Assembly (NCBI GenBank): GCA_002104905.1
Contig: MCFE01000691.1
Location: forward strand, 1-44,566
Source of the DNA: Basidiobolus meristosporus CBS 931.73
Taxonomy: Eukaryota; Fungi; Basidiobolomycota
Direction: 5' to 3'
Length of the DNA: 44,566 bases
In this document: positions 15,083 to 28,161 of the stretch, one piece after another
Layout: every line of letters starts with the position of its first letter
Position numbering within the stretch: position 1 is the first letter of the stretch
The notes under the pieces: model-generated
Told to the model about the DNA's origin: nothing
Databases searched by the model: none
Seen by the model: the letters and a program-made list of their open reading frames with translations, nothing else
Position numbers and translations under genes: made by a program

Positions 15083-17359
15083 TTACGATTGTCCAACGGA
15101 TGGAAGCAAATCAATAGCCACGGCCTCCATATTCTGAAATATACTGACCATTTCCTGCTTGTCCGGAGGTTGCGGTGTTGCTTGGGTGTTGCTTGGGGTG
15201 TTGCTTGGGTATTCATTGTATCTCTGAGGGGGATAATAACTGTTGCCTGGCTGAGAGTAGGGAGGATACGCTGCGGAGGCGGCTTGTTGGCCGTAGGCCT
15301 CCCCGCCGCTTGAAATTGACTGGCTGCGCTGTTGGTGAGGCCTGTAAGGATCCATAGAGCCTTCGGGTGGGTAGACGGAGCCTGGTCTGGTCTGTGCTGC
15401 GGTGCTTCCGTATGAATAGCTGTTGCTTCGGCTGAGAGATGGGTTGTACATCGGCTGGGGCGGGTACTGTCCATACGCCGAGTCTCGAGAGAGATTGGCA
15501 GGTAAATAGGGATTAGCTTGATGTCGGGCTAGGATGCTGATAAATAACTCAGTCGAGCAAAGCAGATTTGGATATGAACCAATACTCACTGTTGCCGTAT
15601 CTAGCTACTGACGACTCCATCAAATTGTTGTAGGTCGACCGAGCTTCGTGAAACTTCTCGTTCAGCCCAATCAAATCATCTAGAACCTTTGGCTCAGTAA
15701 CTGCAAACCAGCTGGTGATCAATGCCCCCCACTAACCTTTCTTACGGCCATAAGACCCGATCAACTTGACCAACTTTGGGCGCAGGGAGAGGGAAATGTT
15801 GTAAAGTGTCTGTGATGGACCAAGGGTTACCAACCACCATCCATGGTGTACGCACGGGCACGCTTGTTTACCTGAAGCTCTTCGTTCTCCGTCAAGTGGT
15901 CCCTGTGAGGGTCGATTTTACCGAGCACCTGGAGCAACCTATCAACGTTATGCGCCTCAGCCATGACCTCTTCCTCATCCTCCTGGTGGGGCGAGGAGCC
16001 ATGTTGCGATTCTGGTAGCTTTTCCTAAGGCGAAGCCTGAATCAACGGAACCGCTAAGGCGAACTACAGTGATGCTGTGCAACTTACAACATAGTTTACT
16101 GGGAAGATCCCAATTCGACCCCTTAAATCACCTTTCCACCACTCCTTGTACTTGGTCTCGACAACTGTGATTACATCCCCCTTGTAAAACCCTAGCTCTC
16201 CGCTCTCGGTAGCCTTGAAGTCAAAGAGAGCTCTAACCCGGGTGGCCTCTAGCGACTGCTTAGGCTCGATTTTCTGAAAAATATGGTCACGCACCATTCA
16301 CACACCAAAAACGTAACGCGTTAAGAGAGGCAATACCTTCGCTTGGGCTCCATTGTTCGTGGCAGCGCCTGTGTATGCGCTACGCTGCTGAAATAAATTT
16401 CCATTAGCATTTGCGTGCTCCCGAACGATGGTTCATGAACTCGTTATTTACATAATTTTTGCGACTTTCATTCTCTGATAGCGATAACGCCAATGCAAGC
16501 TGTAGCTCGTCTTCCTCCTTAAGCTTATCCAATTCGGACTAGAAATTCGCCTATATGAGTCTCGTTCACTTTGGAATCATGTATGAGGTAGACAACACAG
16601 TACCTGCGTAGGCTTTTTGGGGGCTTGGGGTGTGGGAAATTGGTAATCTAAAGAGAGGTTGAGAAATCAAGAACAGCACCTCCACATAGCAGAAAGAAGC
16701 ATACTTTGTTCTCTCAGTTGGGAATATGTCTCTTGCATTAAGCTCAAGGTGGAATCATTGCGAAATTCGAAATTCCATTGTTGGATAAGTTCAAGTATTC
16801 TGTTCTTAACGAGCTCGTGGACATTCTACGAACGAAAAAATATTAAGTACTTCCTCCACGGCGGCTACTGTTGATGCTGAATATGTCTGCTTACACGATC
16901 ATTTAACATTCGAACGAGGTGAGTGGTGAAGGCCCTAGAGCAGATTTCCCGATGCACTTCGATTCCGCAGTTTTTTACCAAAGCCTCCGTCAGCTACAGG
17001 AGGGGATGTGAGCCATCATGGAGAACTCTCAAGTAAAGTCTATGCGCTTACAGTCAAAGCATAAAGAAGCACATTGGCGTTACGATGTGTCAAACGTTTG
17101 GAGACCGCAGCGACACAATCTCTGCCTCTGTATACCAAATAATTAGAGGGCCTTCGCGTGAAGATGCTACAACTGCTTCTTACCCGTTGGCGGTTTTATT
17201 GACTCTGTCGCAGACGGCCAAAATGAGCTCCCAATCATCAGACGTTAGATTCTCACTAGTAGCATTGGCTAGTGAGAGTTAATTAGCAGCACGATCCAAC
17301 GAAAATAGCTAGCTGTACTTACCAACTGCCTCATCAAAAGGATTAGCATTCCGAAACAT
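15083..17359 (-). CDS. HSE1: ESCRT-0 subunit Hse1/STAM (VHS-UIM-SH3), multi-exon
   Basis: ATG 17359 MFRNANPFDEAV. VHS: ATSENLTSDDWELILAVCD, VKNCG. UIM: EEDELQLALALSLSE. SH3: VRALFDF...WWKGDLRGRIGIFPVNYV. P/Q/Y-rich tail. Confidence 0.93.
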
Positions 17360-17990
17360 GATTTGTGTATTTTAATGAGTACTTGGTGTGTATGATTATA
17401 AAGGGCTATGGGTTGGTAAATAGAAATAAGTTAAGAATATCTGAAGCCCAATCTTGGCTCTATACCAAATCACCATTCCAGCTACATATCTTGGCAAATC
17501 CCCTGACACGCCAAATGCCGGGAATAATGCTACCCAGACAAATCGATTACTCGAGTAAGTTTAGCAATTATTTGGGAAAGTTGTTTAAACACACTTAAAA
17601 CCATGTTTGTGCAGGAATTATGTATGTCAACATGTCCGGTATCGCACGTGATTTGGTTGCGTCATATAGAGGCTACGATGCTGTATCCCATCTAGATACG
17701 AGCCCATAATTTATTGCTTAATTACCTGTGCCGCCACTTCTCACCACCTATGGATCCTTCCAAACAGTGATCCAATCATCAAGTGATCTGAACTGACGGT
17801 GGAAGATACTGAGAATATGGGTGCTGGCCAATCATGAGGCAAGCGTCAAGTGTCACGCAAAATTATGTATGTAGCCTTAGTAGGACTTCATTTATTAAGC
17901 ACTATTTGGAATGTGCTGGGTGTTGCCTTTTGCCTCCTTATTTCCCTTACACCTTTGCCACTTTATCCCTCATTTCCAAGTCGACTTCTA

Positions 17991-18322
17991 ATGGGTGGAA
18001 TCGCTGTTCTTATCGTAGCTGCTGCTATCGCTGTTCTCTGTGTTGCTGCTTACTTTTTCAGCCCCAAGGGCCCTGATCAAACGTGAGTTTTTATTGTAGC
18101 CAAACAACATTTGAATTCACCCTAACCTTCAAATTCTAGTCTTTACCGTACCAGCATCATCTTGGCCCTTATTTGCATGTACCTTATGTAAGTCCATTCC
18201 GACCCTTCTTGCTAAGCCTTCGAATTTTCCTGACTTTTTTTCATAGGTGGGCAATTACCTATATGGCTCAGTTGAATCCTTTGATAGCACCAAAACGCTC
18301 TGATCTTAAGCCTGGCCATTAA
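17991..18322 (+). CDS. VMA9: V-ATPase V0 subunit e
   Basis: Three exons (introns 18083-18139 and 18188-18246) give MGGIAVLIV...FSPKGPDQTLYRTSIILALICMYLMWAITYMAQLNPLIAPKRSDL, the subunit-e signature. Not shown whole in the ORF track. Confidence 0.93.
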
Positions 18323-18946
18323 AGATAGCAGGATTAGCTCGAGATGTAAACTTTTTTGTTTTCTCATATTCTTGACTCTCTGAGCACAATGCCACCTTCG
18401 CATCCGACTCTTTACTAGTAATGCAACCTAATATCGACGTTTTCCAATACCTTCAATGAATAAAGACCCTTTGACTCGATGACAGACACTGTTGTTCTGC
18501 TACTCGGGCGTATCACTTGATCCTGCTGAGAATTTAAAGTTTTAATGGTTACGCTAATCATGTATTACGGGATTACTCCCTTGGACTGGCAGATGTTTGT
18601 AGAAATTTGAAGTAACAATAGATTTTACTGGTTGGATCGCCTTCATGGAATACTCGGCAACATCCCAAAATAGCAGGCAGAAAGTTGCCCATATTTAATT
18701 AAGCTTAAAATGTGCACGATGTTTTCTTCAATGGAGTTCAGATCTACCACTCTTCCCCAGCATTTCTTTAAATGAAAATTACCCAATTCAGACAGGGTTA
18801 GGGATGGAATACAGAGCCCAGGTATGTCCAATTAGTTGTTTAGTAAGTCCAAATGGTTGTTTAATTTTCTGTCTAGATGAGCAAGGATATCCTGATTGTT
18901 GTTTAGCAAAATCTTTTTTCATTCTTTTTTCGCAATTCCGATGGTT

Positions 18947-19114
18947 GTTCAATTTGCTGTTTAGTTGTGATAGGCTGCTCACATTGTTGTTTAGCTATTC
19001 AATTTCCTGTTTAGTTGTGATAGGCTGTTCACATTGTTGTTTAGCTATTCAATTTCCTGTTTAGTTGTGATAGGCTGTTCACATTGTTGTTTAGCTATTC
19101 AATTTCCTGTTTAG
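18947..19114. repeat. 50-bp tandem repeat, 3 full copies plus a partial
   Basis: Unit TTGTGATAGGCTGTTCACATTGTTGTTTAGCTATTCAATTTCCTGTTTAG starts at 18965, 19015 and 19065, with one mismatch in copy 1. Confidence 0.95.
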
Positions 19115-19365
19115 CCAAATTTATTGCTTGACAGGATATCAATATTGCTCAGCTTTAGGGTCGAATTCTGGAATAAATTATTGTGAGGAAAAACTTTTTC
19201 ATTTCATGACTGGATGCTTTGATCACTCATGGAAATCCTAGCCAAACCGTCCCTTGGTGGCATTATTCCATTTTACTAAACAGACAATCAAAATATTCCC
19301 ATTTGGTAGAGAAACACGCCCCAGGTAGATAGTATCGTTGTTGTGTTCACTTTCTTCCAACCCAT

Positions 19366-20595
19366 ATGTCGCTTCACCTTGGTCGTCTTCTGGTTTGTCC
19401 ACCGAGAGCGAGGTTTTCTTCTCTTTCCACCATAAGGCAGGTTAAATTCTCCACCCTTCACTCTAGATATGCTTTCTCGAGAACGCTATTCGGTCAAAAA
19501 GGCTGCATTCAAGGGATCCCAGGAGTAAGGACTAGAGAGAGAGCCTTTCTCCCGTGCATAACGGAAATACGCTCCACCGTATTGCATTCCACCATCCCAC
19601 AAGAGGAGGAGAATACTCCAGTGATTGCTGATAAAGCCGGAGTAAGATGGAAGCCTATGCCAGAGTTAACCCTTGCCAAGCTACCCCAAGTTTACAAAGA
19701 GCTATCGAAAGCAAAGCTTGCCGCCCTGGTAGCTTTGACCACCATGTGTGGCTATGCTGTCGCTCCAGAAGCTGTAAATCTCACCACCATGTTTTGGACT
19801 ACAATTGGCACCACCCTTTGCATCAGCTCGGCCAACGCATTCAATCAATGGGTAGAGATACCATACGATGCGCAAATGAGTAGAACTCGCAATAGAGTTC
19901 TAGTACGCCATGCTGCCTCGCCGCTTCACGCATTTGCATTCGGGTCTGTCACTGGCTTATCCGGTATCAGCATGTTGGCGTTTGGTGTGAGTCCGTTAGT
20001 CGCCGCGTTAGGTGCGGCCAACATAGTTCTTTACTCGGCCATCTACACGCCACTCAAACGTATCTCCATTGCCAACACTTGGGTAGGAGCCATCGTAGGC
20101 GGCATCCCACCCATGATGGGCTGGGCTGCTTGCACAAATGGCTTAGAGCCGGGGGCTTGGTTGCTCGGATTTATTTTGTACGCGTGGCAATTTCCCCACT
20201 TCAATTCATTGAGCTGGAATCTGCGTGCTGATTACTCCAAAGCCGGGTTTAGAATGATGGCAGTGACGGATCCTGCACTTAATGCGCGTGTATCTCTGCG
20301 CTACAGTCTTGCATTACTCCCACTATCCTGTATAGCACCCATGCTTGACGTCACTACCTGGTGGTTTGCGGCGGATTCATTCGTGGTCAATGCAATCCTG
20401 GCTCATGGGGCATGGCGTTTCTGGAGGCATTCGGACGAAAAGACAGCCCGAAAGCTGTTCTTCGGCTCTCTCATCCATCTCCCACTCATCCTTGCTCTGT
20501 TGATGATTCATAAGAAGAGCAAAAATGAGGAGCAAAAGAAGCTACCGTATGCCGAGCTGAAAAACGCGCAAATCATCAAGCGAGAATTGAGCTGA
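19366..20595 (+). CDS. COX10: Protoheme IX farnesyltransferase (heme O synthase), single exon
   Basis: NAFNQWVEIPYDAQMSRTRNRVL, YTPLKR, WVGAIVGGIPPMMGWAA and WQFPHFNSLSW. Confidence 0.97.
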   Translation: MSLHLGRLLVCPPRARFSSLSTIRQVKFSTLHSRYAFSRTLFGQKGCIQGIPGVRTRERAFLPCITEIRSTVLHSTIPQEEENTPVIADKAGVRWKPMPELTLAKLPQVYKELSKAKLAALVALTTMCGYAVAPEAVNLTTMFWTTIGTTLCISSANAFNQWVEIPYDAQMSRTRNRVLVRHAASPLHAFAFGSVTGLSGISMLAFGVSPLVAALGAANIVLYSAIYTPLKRISIANTWVGAIVGGIPPMMGWAACTNGLEPGAWLLGFILYAWQFPHFNSLSWNLRADYSKAGFRMMAVTDPALNARVSLRYSLALLPLSCIAPMLDVTTWWFAADSFVVNAILAHGAWRFWRHSDEKTARKLFFGSLIHLPLILALLMIHKKSKNEEQKKLPYAELKNAQIIKRELS

Positions 20596-20919
20596 TCAGC
20601 ATAAGCCATTCTTGGCCATTCATTCATCCTCACTAACTTTATTTTCTGAATCGACTCTGCATATTTCTCAATACACTGCTTCACTCAAATATATGCGATA
20701 TTTTGTTTACGGTCAAAGGGGTTGTGTGATATTGTGGGAATCTCTTGCAAAATACCGCTTTTTAGCAATTAAATAGCTTGAAGGAATCAAGTGATTTTTT
20801 TTGATAAAAAAAAGAAAAAAAATCCCGAAAAGGTCTAGGAGCGAAAGCCAGGCAGCCATAATATTAGTCACATAGAAGCCATTAGAGAATAATTTCCCTG
20901 CCACCAGCCCAATTGCAAC

Positions 20920-22572
20920 ATGGAAGAAGGTCCACAAATACAAGTTCGCTTTACCACGCGCCAAACCCAATACGCTGTAACAGATACCCCAATTGTGGTT
21001 CCCACACGCCTCAAAAGATATGGACTCTCAGAGATTATCAACCATTTGTTGGGCCTAGGTAAGCGAAGGTTTTGTTAATGCTATTAATGATGCCACGATT
21101 CGGTCGACCCGTGTTCCGCTCCATACAGCCCGACTTACGCTATTGCTGGTTTAGAGAAGCCAAAGCCCTTCGATTTCCTTATTGATGGTGAATTCCTGAG
21201 AACTAGTCTAAATGAGTATTTGGTGGAGAAGGGCCTGTCCACTGTAAGTGTATGAAGCAAAGGCCCTCACAACCCGGTCTTCTGATGGTATTATGCACTG
21301 TAGGAAAACTTGATCACCATCGAGTATGTCGAATCCATGTTGCCACCCACGCCGTTATCTGGATATAAACACGACGATTGGATTGGTGCGATCGACAAAG
21401 AGCAGGAAGGGTATGATGGATCAATGGTCGTCCGATAGGCTCAATACTCATTCCACGTTTGTAGGTTCTTTTTGACCGGATGCTATGACAACAAGGTTCG
21501 TGTTTGGAACAAATCTGGCGACTGTGTGGAGACGTTTGTTGGCCACGAAGGTCCGATCAAGAGCGTTAAATGGATGAAGTCCCAAGGTAAATACTAGAGC
21601 AGCTCCACCGAGGCGTATATATATTCACGTCGTTTGCGCATATTAGATGGTGGCTTAAGACTGCTCTCCGGCTCTCACGATCAGACGGTTATTGCCTGGG
21701 AATACTCTCCCTCTGAGCAGTCATATGAGATGCTTTATCAATGTGTCGGACACAAAGGCAGCATTGAATCCATTGCGGTTCATGAGTCTGGCGATCATTT
21801 CTTGACTGCCTCATGGGATGGTTCCATCAAATTCTGGAACACCGAAAGCGTGGAGGAGGAGGATTCCAGCGCAGTTCAAACCAAAAACAAGAGAAGAAAG
21901 GCTGCCAAAGAGAGCGATGTCCCCACCAAAGTAATCCCTACACTACGGCCATGTGTACAAGGCTTCATATTAATCACAGTTATTTCATAGACTCCACTCA
22001 CTACATTGGATGGACATGTTGGCTCGGTATCATCCATCATCTACAACCAGTCCAACTACAACCAGGCATTCAGTGGTGGTTGGGATCATTCAATCCGAAT
22101 CTGGGATCTCGAGTCTCGGGTCAACGTTAACACCAAGGTAGGCGAGGGTTGTACGCTGTTGTTGCACTCGCTTTACTAATCTTGCCATCTACTGTAGAAT
22201 TGCGAGAAGGTAGTTTTAGACGTGGACTTCTCCGAGAAGTCTGGCCTTCTGGCGTCAGGCCACTCTGACCGCTCAATTCGCTTGTGGGATCCTCGCTCCG
22301 ACGATTCGGCTGTGGTTAAGCTTACTCTTTCTTCGCACCAGAACTGGGTTTCGTCGGTATCTTGGTCCGAGAAATCCCCGTTCATGCTGGTTTCTGGCTC
22401 ATACGACTCCAACATCAAAGTATGGGATATTCGTAGCAAAGCTCCTCTGTACACCATTTCTGGGGCTAGCCAGCCTGACCAAAAGGTGCTTGCTGTGGAA
22501 TGGTCCAATGACATGATCTTGAGCGGTGGTGAGGACTGTTCCTTCAAGATCCATTCGGCCAAACTTGAATAG
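20920..22572 (+). CDS. YTM1: Ribosome biogenesis WD40 protein Ytm1/WDR12, multi-exon
   Basis: N-terminal NLE domain QIQVRFTTR...GLSEIINHLL|EKPKPFDFLIDGEFLRTSL, then WD repeats (HDDWIG, SHQNWVSSVSW, LVSGSYDSNIKVWDIRS). Confidence 0.93.
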
Positions 22573-22814
22573 ACTGGGAGCTAGCGCATGTTACATAGAT
22601 GATCCAGTTGCCTCCACCTCTTGTTAGTACACATAATACATATCTGAATTGAACAGTAAAATAAATTCTGCTATTTATCCACAACCGCATGATTGGCCAT
22701 ACACTGATGCACATTGCCATTGTTTACTTTAATTGAATGTGTTATGATTTTGATGTTGTTCATATATTCTTGATACCTGCTTGTTCCCTGTCTTCACCAT
22801 TCAACCTTTAAACC

Positions 22815-24599
22815 ATGTATGAGGATGATTCCATAGACGAACGTTACTTGAGGCCGAGCACAGACGACAGCTTTACTGAAGAAAGGTAAGCTTGGTATTG
22901 AGGCATGCCCCCCAATGCTTTGATTGACTTGGTGTGGTATTACAGCCCTGTCGAGCACCCAGCCTATCGCTGCGAATACATAAACGGCCAGCTGGCTGCA
23001 TATGGGTTTCCTTCAGATCTGAACCTACTGGAACCAGACAAGGAAAGCTCGAAAGAAATAATCAATATTCTATTTGTGTTGTTAAAGCAACGACAGGTCA
23101 ATACACCTTTTGACCTTTCTTCATCAATACGACAACCTTCCCAACAGTTCTTCTTATTCTAGCAAGATGTTCAAATTCGAGACGACCTTGAGGAGAAAGC
23201 TCGACGCCTCCACGATGACTATGAAAGAGTATCCGCTTTGTTGGTATGTATAATTCGCAACCTACCCTCCAGCGGAGTTTTAATTCGAGAATCTTCTCCC
23301 ATTGAAGCTGAAAGAAAGGTCTCGACTGGAAGCAAGTGAACGTGAGGTCGCAAACTTCAAAGCAAAACTCAGGTAAATTTCAGCTTGACGTAGGCTTTCA
23401 ACTCCACCAATAACCTTGCGTTTGTGCTAGTGTTTCCGAGAAGAACATCAGAGAGCAGGTAGAAAAATCCCGGAAATTGAATGAAGAGTTGACCAAGATG
23501 AAGTCCAACCTGCAGTTAATCAAGACTCAATATGCGGTTTGTTGCGATGGCTTTTTGCCTCGCTGTATCTTTCACTAAGTGTAAACTTCAACTTTACAGC
23601 ATGAAATACGCAAAAAGGATACCGAGAACATCAAGTTAAAGGACCGTATACAGAAAGGCACTAGCGTAGACAAATCAAGCAAGAAGCCGCAAATTAGATT
23701 GTTGAACCCGATAGCTCCAGTGAAAAGTATCAGACGTACCGGATCATCCATCTCAGATGGCGGCAAGGTAATTTTTCGACCAAGGAAAGTAGGTTTCATC
23801 AAGCTAACTATATACGTAAACGTAAACGCAAACGCAATTCCCGTTTCAGCCGGCTGATCTCACAAAAGACACATTGATGAAATACCAAGAACGCGAAGAA
23901 AAGATCATCCATGAAAATGGGCAGCTTAGGAACACACTATATGTAATTCACCAAGAGCTAGTCAAAATGCTTGAATCCGACTCGATACAAGCCCTGGGTA
24001 TGCAAGGAAACGAAAGCGTAGTCGCCAGTACGGACATCAAACATGTAAACCGAGCCCACTTTTCATCTCACATGGACCTCATTAACGCATATTTCAGGAA
24101 CTCAAGCTAGAACACTTCCGATTGCCTTGTGAATTCATCATCAACGACATCGATAGTGAGACAAAGGCTCTTGTCGAGGAGTTGCATCTCATTCTCGAGA
24201 TCATATCATCTATGGATCTGGAGCCAAAAACCAGCAATACAAACGATGATGCAGTCATAGCTTTAACCACCAAGCTCGGTAATGTGTTGTGCAGTCCACT
24301 TTTAATATCCGAAGCTAACATTGTCCATTGTAGACAAGTACAGGTCAATCATTGCTGAGCAGCAGAAGCTACTTGAGCTCGCCGTGAACAAGCAAAATGA
24401 CGCGACGGCTGTCAAGGACTTGGAGAGGTTAGTTGCTCTATGCTGACTTTTTACCGGGTAGTTGTTCATATTGCTTCACGAAATTTCCAGAAAGCTTGAA
24501 GACAATGCTATCGATCTGATACCATCCAAGATGAACGCATGTACACTTACTCCCGCAGATAGTCCACAGCTCAATATCGACAGGAAGGATTTGAACTGA
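22815..24599 (+). CDS. Coiled-coil protein of the ADIP/SSX2IP (Msd1-like) family, multi-exon
   Basis: YINGQLAAYGF, INILFVLLKQRQ and KTQYA|HEIRKKDTEHIKLKDRIQK resemble the afadin/alpha-actinin-binding domain. Consistent GT-AG introns; TGA at 24597-24599. Confidence 0.65.
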
Positions 24600-24872
24600 G
24601 CCTCCTTGCTCTAGCATGTAGAACATGTATCGATTGATTGCGCTTGTATAAATAAATAAATGGGCAACGATTCTTGCGGTTGAATATATGTTTAATTGTT
24701 TGAGCGTAGTAGAAAATAGAGATAAGCTCATTGGGGCTGCTAAGATTTCGGTCAAAGTCAACGCATCGAGAGTCGCTCGATTTCTTCAACTGTCATCATC
24801 CTACCTGACATACTATTTTGAACTGGTCTGCGAGCAGGGTCATACGGATGTGGGGGCTGCCCATCTAGTTAA

Positions 24873-27800
24873 TCAATAGATATTAGGATCAGTTTCGTTA
24901 GGTTCGGCCGAGATATACTGGTGCTTACTCAAGTAGGGAGGAGGCCTCATCGGAAAACCTCCCATATTGCCTGGCAGAGCTTGCTCTCTTCCAAATTGAT
25001 CGCGCGAAGCATAGGGGGAAGAGCCTGGGGGTATCAAATATGAGTTCTGTTGGAGGTTAGGTACGAACTGGTCAGGATGGAGTGATTGTTGACGTAGGAG
25101 GTGTTGCTGCTGAAGCATGGGGTGGTGTTGGTTCAACAGTTGGTCAAAGAACACCGGAGGTCTTTGTGTACCACCACCACCACCGCCTAGATTGTAAGGG
25201 GAGGGGTGGTCTGATCGGTATAGGGGTGTTTGATTGATATTCATGTTGTTCGGTGAAGAAAGTCTTGTGCGATTTGGGGATTCCTCATAGGATACACCGG
25301 ATGATTGCGACTGGTGAGATGCCATTGGTGCGCTGGCGGATATGGGCTCCATCCCACTCCCCGAATTACCCATTACTTGGGCGGGGTAGTTCGAGCGCGT
25401 GGTTTGGGGCTGGTACTGACCAGGTGGATTAGGTGAGCTTGGCGCGTAAGGAGAAATGGGTTTCTGGACTGGAGAGTAAGCTCCGTTGTTCGGTTCATTT
25501 TTGCCACTCAGTTGTCTATAAACAGAAGTCGGGATGTTTCCTCCAAATAGGGCAGCGATGGATTTGGGAGTAGGCTTGTTCTCCGCAGCCAAGGGCTCTG
25601 GCTTCTTAGTGGAAACAATTGAAGGATCCCCAAGTGCACTTGGACCGGGCAATTGCTTAGGATTTGCGAGCTCGATAGACTTGTTTTCATTGTTGTCCAT
25701 GGAGTCATTCGTTGCCTAGTTGAAGACACTTAGTGGAGCTTTCAAAAAGGAATTACTCTAATGAAGATTACCTTGTTCTTATTCAGCCGTGCCATTATCA
25801 TATTAAATCCAGTCTTATCTTCCGTATTGTCCTGAGGTGCCTGGTGTTTTGATGGTGCGTTGACTCCTAGGCTTTTCAATATATCAGCTTCGGATGTCAT
25901 GTTTGAATGAGATTGCTGCTGCCCAGGATTAGGCCTGAATTGGGATTGATGTTGACTTTGTGGCGGCTTGGCACCCAATTGCTTGAAAATATCTTCCTCC
26001 GTTAACATTCGTCCAGGGGCATGAGAGCCCGAGCCCAAAGGTTGTGCTCTAGGTGGTTGGCCGGTATGTTTCGAGGTACTTGCAGTAACACCCAAGGTTT
26101 TCAGTACGTCGGCCTCAGATAGCATCTTTTTGGTTTGCGCTGTACTAGTCAACACTGAAGTAGGCGCCAAATTGGTATGGGCTTGACTGGCTTGACTGCC
26201 CATCAATATCCGGCTTAACATAGCAGACTCTTGTAGTTTGCTAGGCTCGGAAAACCTTTCCTCCGCCATGTTCTCTTTTTGAAAGAGTCTGAAGAATCGG
26301 GAGGAGCCTTGAGCGGTATCTCCTTCGTTATTTACAGGGATTGACTCTCGAGTTGCGCTTACTGGAATCGTCGGCATATCCCGATTGTTGAGCAACGGCT
26401 CCATACTTTTCTTTTCATCCTTGAAGTTAAGACCACCCGGGCCAAATAAATAATCAATATTGCCCTGAGCTGGTTCTCTCCGAGAATTTCCATCCTCAAA
26501 CATAGTGTTCGTAGCGGTGTTCATTGTGTTCTGTTGCGTCATGTCTACTCTTGGCTTCATGCCTCCCCAGCTCTCAACCTGTGCTGCTTTTGGATTGGGT
26601 TGATATTGCGGTTCATTGCTACTAAGGTCCAAGTTCGGCTGCGACTTTTTAGTGTTTTGTTCATTCAGCTTGCTTTTCCAAGCTTGAATTTCATCAACGT
26701 AGCCAGTTTCATCGACAGTGCTGTACGAATGGCCATCCTGTTTCCCACCTTTCTCGGTTTCTGGGTCATAATTCATCCATTCGGGTGTATCCTGCTTACT
26801 ATTATAACGCTGATGCTCTCCGCCAATGTCCAACTTCTTTTCCAATAACTGCTGAAAATGTCTGTTGCGATCCTGTAGATTCCCATCTTTCCCGCCTATG
26901 GAAGAGTTAATGTTGAGCAGAGAGACAGCCGCCAATCTTAAAGTTAGCAACTTACCAGTCCTACGGCTCTGACCAGACCCTTGATTGTTGCGATTGCGGC
27001 CTCCCTGATTTTCTCGTGAGGAATTCTTTTCAAACTCCTCTCGGGTTTCACGCGAGCCTTTTCTGTTGGTGCCATTCTCTCGCTCTTTAGAGTAGTTACG
27101 TTCCCGCTCGACATTCGAGTTGGATGAACGCTTGCTATTATGTTCACCTCGATTGTCATCCTATGAGCACAATCAAGTTAGCCTCGCCACGCCGAAAAAA
27201 TCTGGCTTAGAGAATACTAACGTTTCGTCCATTTCGCCCATTTGCTAAATGGCGAGGAAGATTGTAACTATTTTTGGAGTTGCGGGATGAAGCCGATCTT
27301 TCAGACGATTTTGCATTCACCATTGCTTGCTTTTGGGAAGAAGCGAAACTCATTTTTGGGGGCCCGAGCACAATACTTTTTTCTAATAGATGTACGGTTT
27401 GTTAGAATTCTCTGTTTGGGACGATTTCAATGAAGTGCTATACCTCCGGGTTTGTTTGAGGTTTCTTCACAGTGCTTATCTGTAATTTTCAAGTACAAAT
27501 GTCCATTGGTTGTTAGCAGGGTAGCAATGGGGAGGCGCATTCGTTGGTGGTAGCATACCAGTTTTCCTGTCATCACTTGTGTTAAAAGGTTTCCTATAGG
27601 GAAGGTAGAGCGTTACCATATAGTGAGTTTGTCATATTAACATAGCGCCAATAAACCTACTTTCTTTCTGCTTCAGACTCGCGATAGCCTGATTCATAAT
27701 AGGTGTCGCTAGTGTATGTAAATAAGAAAATGAATGCCTGTTTATAGACATGCAGAAATAAAGTGTACTGACCCAATCCAGGTAGTAACATCAGGGAAAG

Positions 27801-28161
27801 TGTCAGGGCATTTGACCAAAGGACTTTTGGATAGTACAAGAAGCTGATCCACGCTGTATTTGACTGAGCGTTTCATCTTTGGGAAAGGCTTCATTTTCTC
27901 GCTTTCATTTTCTGGTTTTCTAGCTCTTTTTTCTTCTGCATCACCGGCTTCCGTGCTCTGAAGATTCTTTGACGCTTTTCTCCCATTTTTGTCCAATAAA
28001 GCACCTTTAGTCATTGGCTGAGAAGCAACAGGATCAGCAAGATTCGTGCTCAGAGTGGGCGAATCGTTACTTGAACTAATTGAACTGTTTTCAATTAACG
28101 ATGCTACTGTGGAGTTTAAAAGCTCACTAATACTATTGTTACTCTCGTCGAATGTTGCCAT
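24873..28161 (-). CDS. Low-complexity eIF4E-binding protein, 4E-transporter (4E-T/Eap1)-like, about 8 exons
   Basis: N-terminal YSVDQLL (YxxxxLL) followed by SKSPL. Splicing through small exons yields IVLGPPKMSFASS, an R/E/N-rich tract, TPEWMNY, SRFFRLF and a Q/P-rich tail. The family assignment is motif-based inference. Confidence 0.6.

Noticed and set aside
17850-17990. Hydrophobic N-terminal extension of VMA9
   Set aside because: The track start is non-ATG. ATG 17991 already gives a subunit e of typical size.
18643-18982. Two short minus-strand ORFs as a separate gene
   Set aside because: No recognisable domain and no convincing splice path joining them.
18947-19114. CRISPR-like appearance of the 50-bp repeats
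   Set aside because: The units are directly adjacent with no unique spacers, the context is eukaryotic and there are no cas genes.
21940-21960. CTACGGCCAT resembling the 5' end of 5S rRNA
   Set aside because: The match is only about 10 nt, lies inside a YTM1 intron, and has no downstream 5S internal control region.
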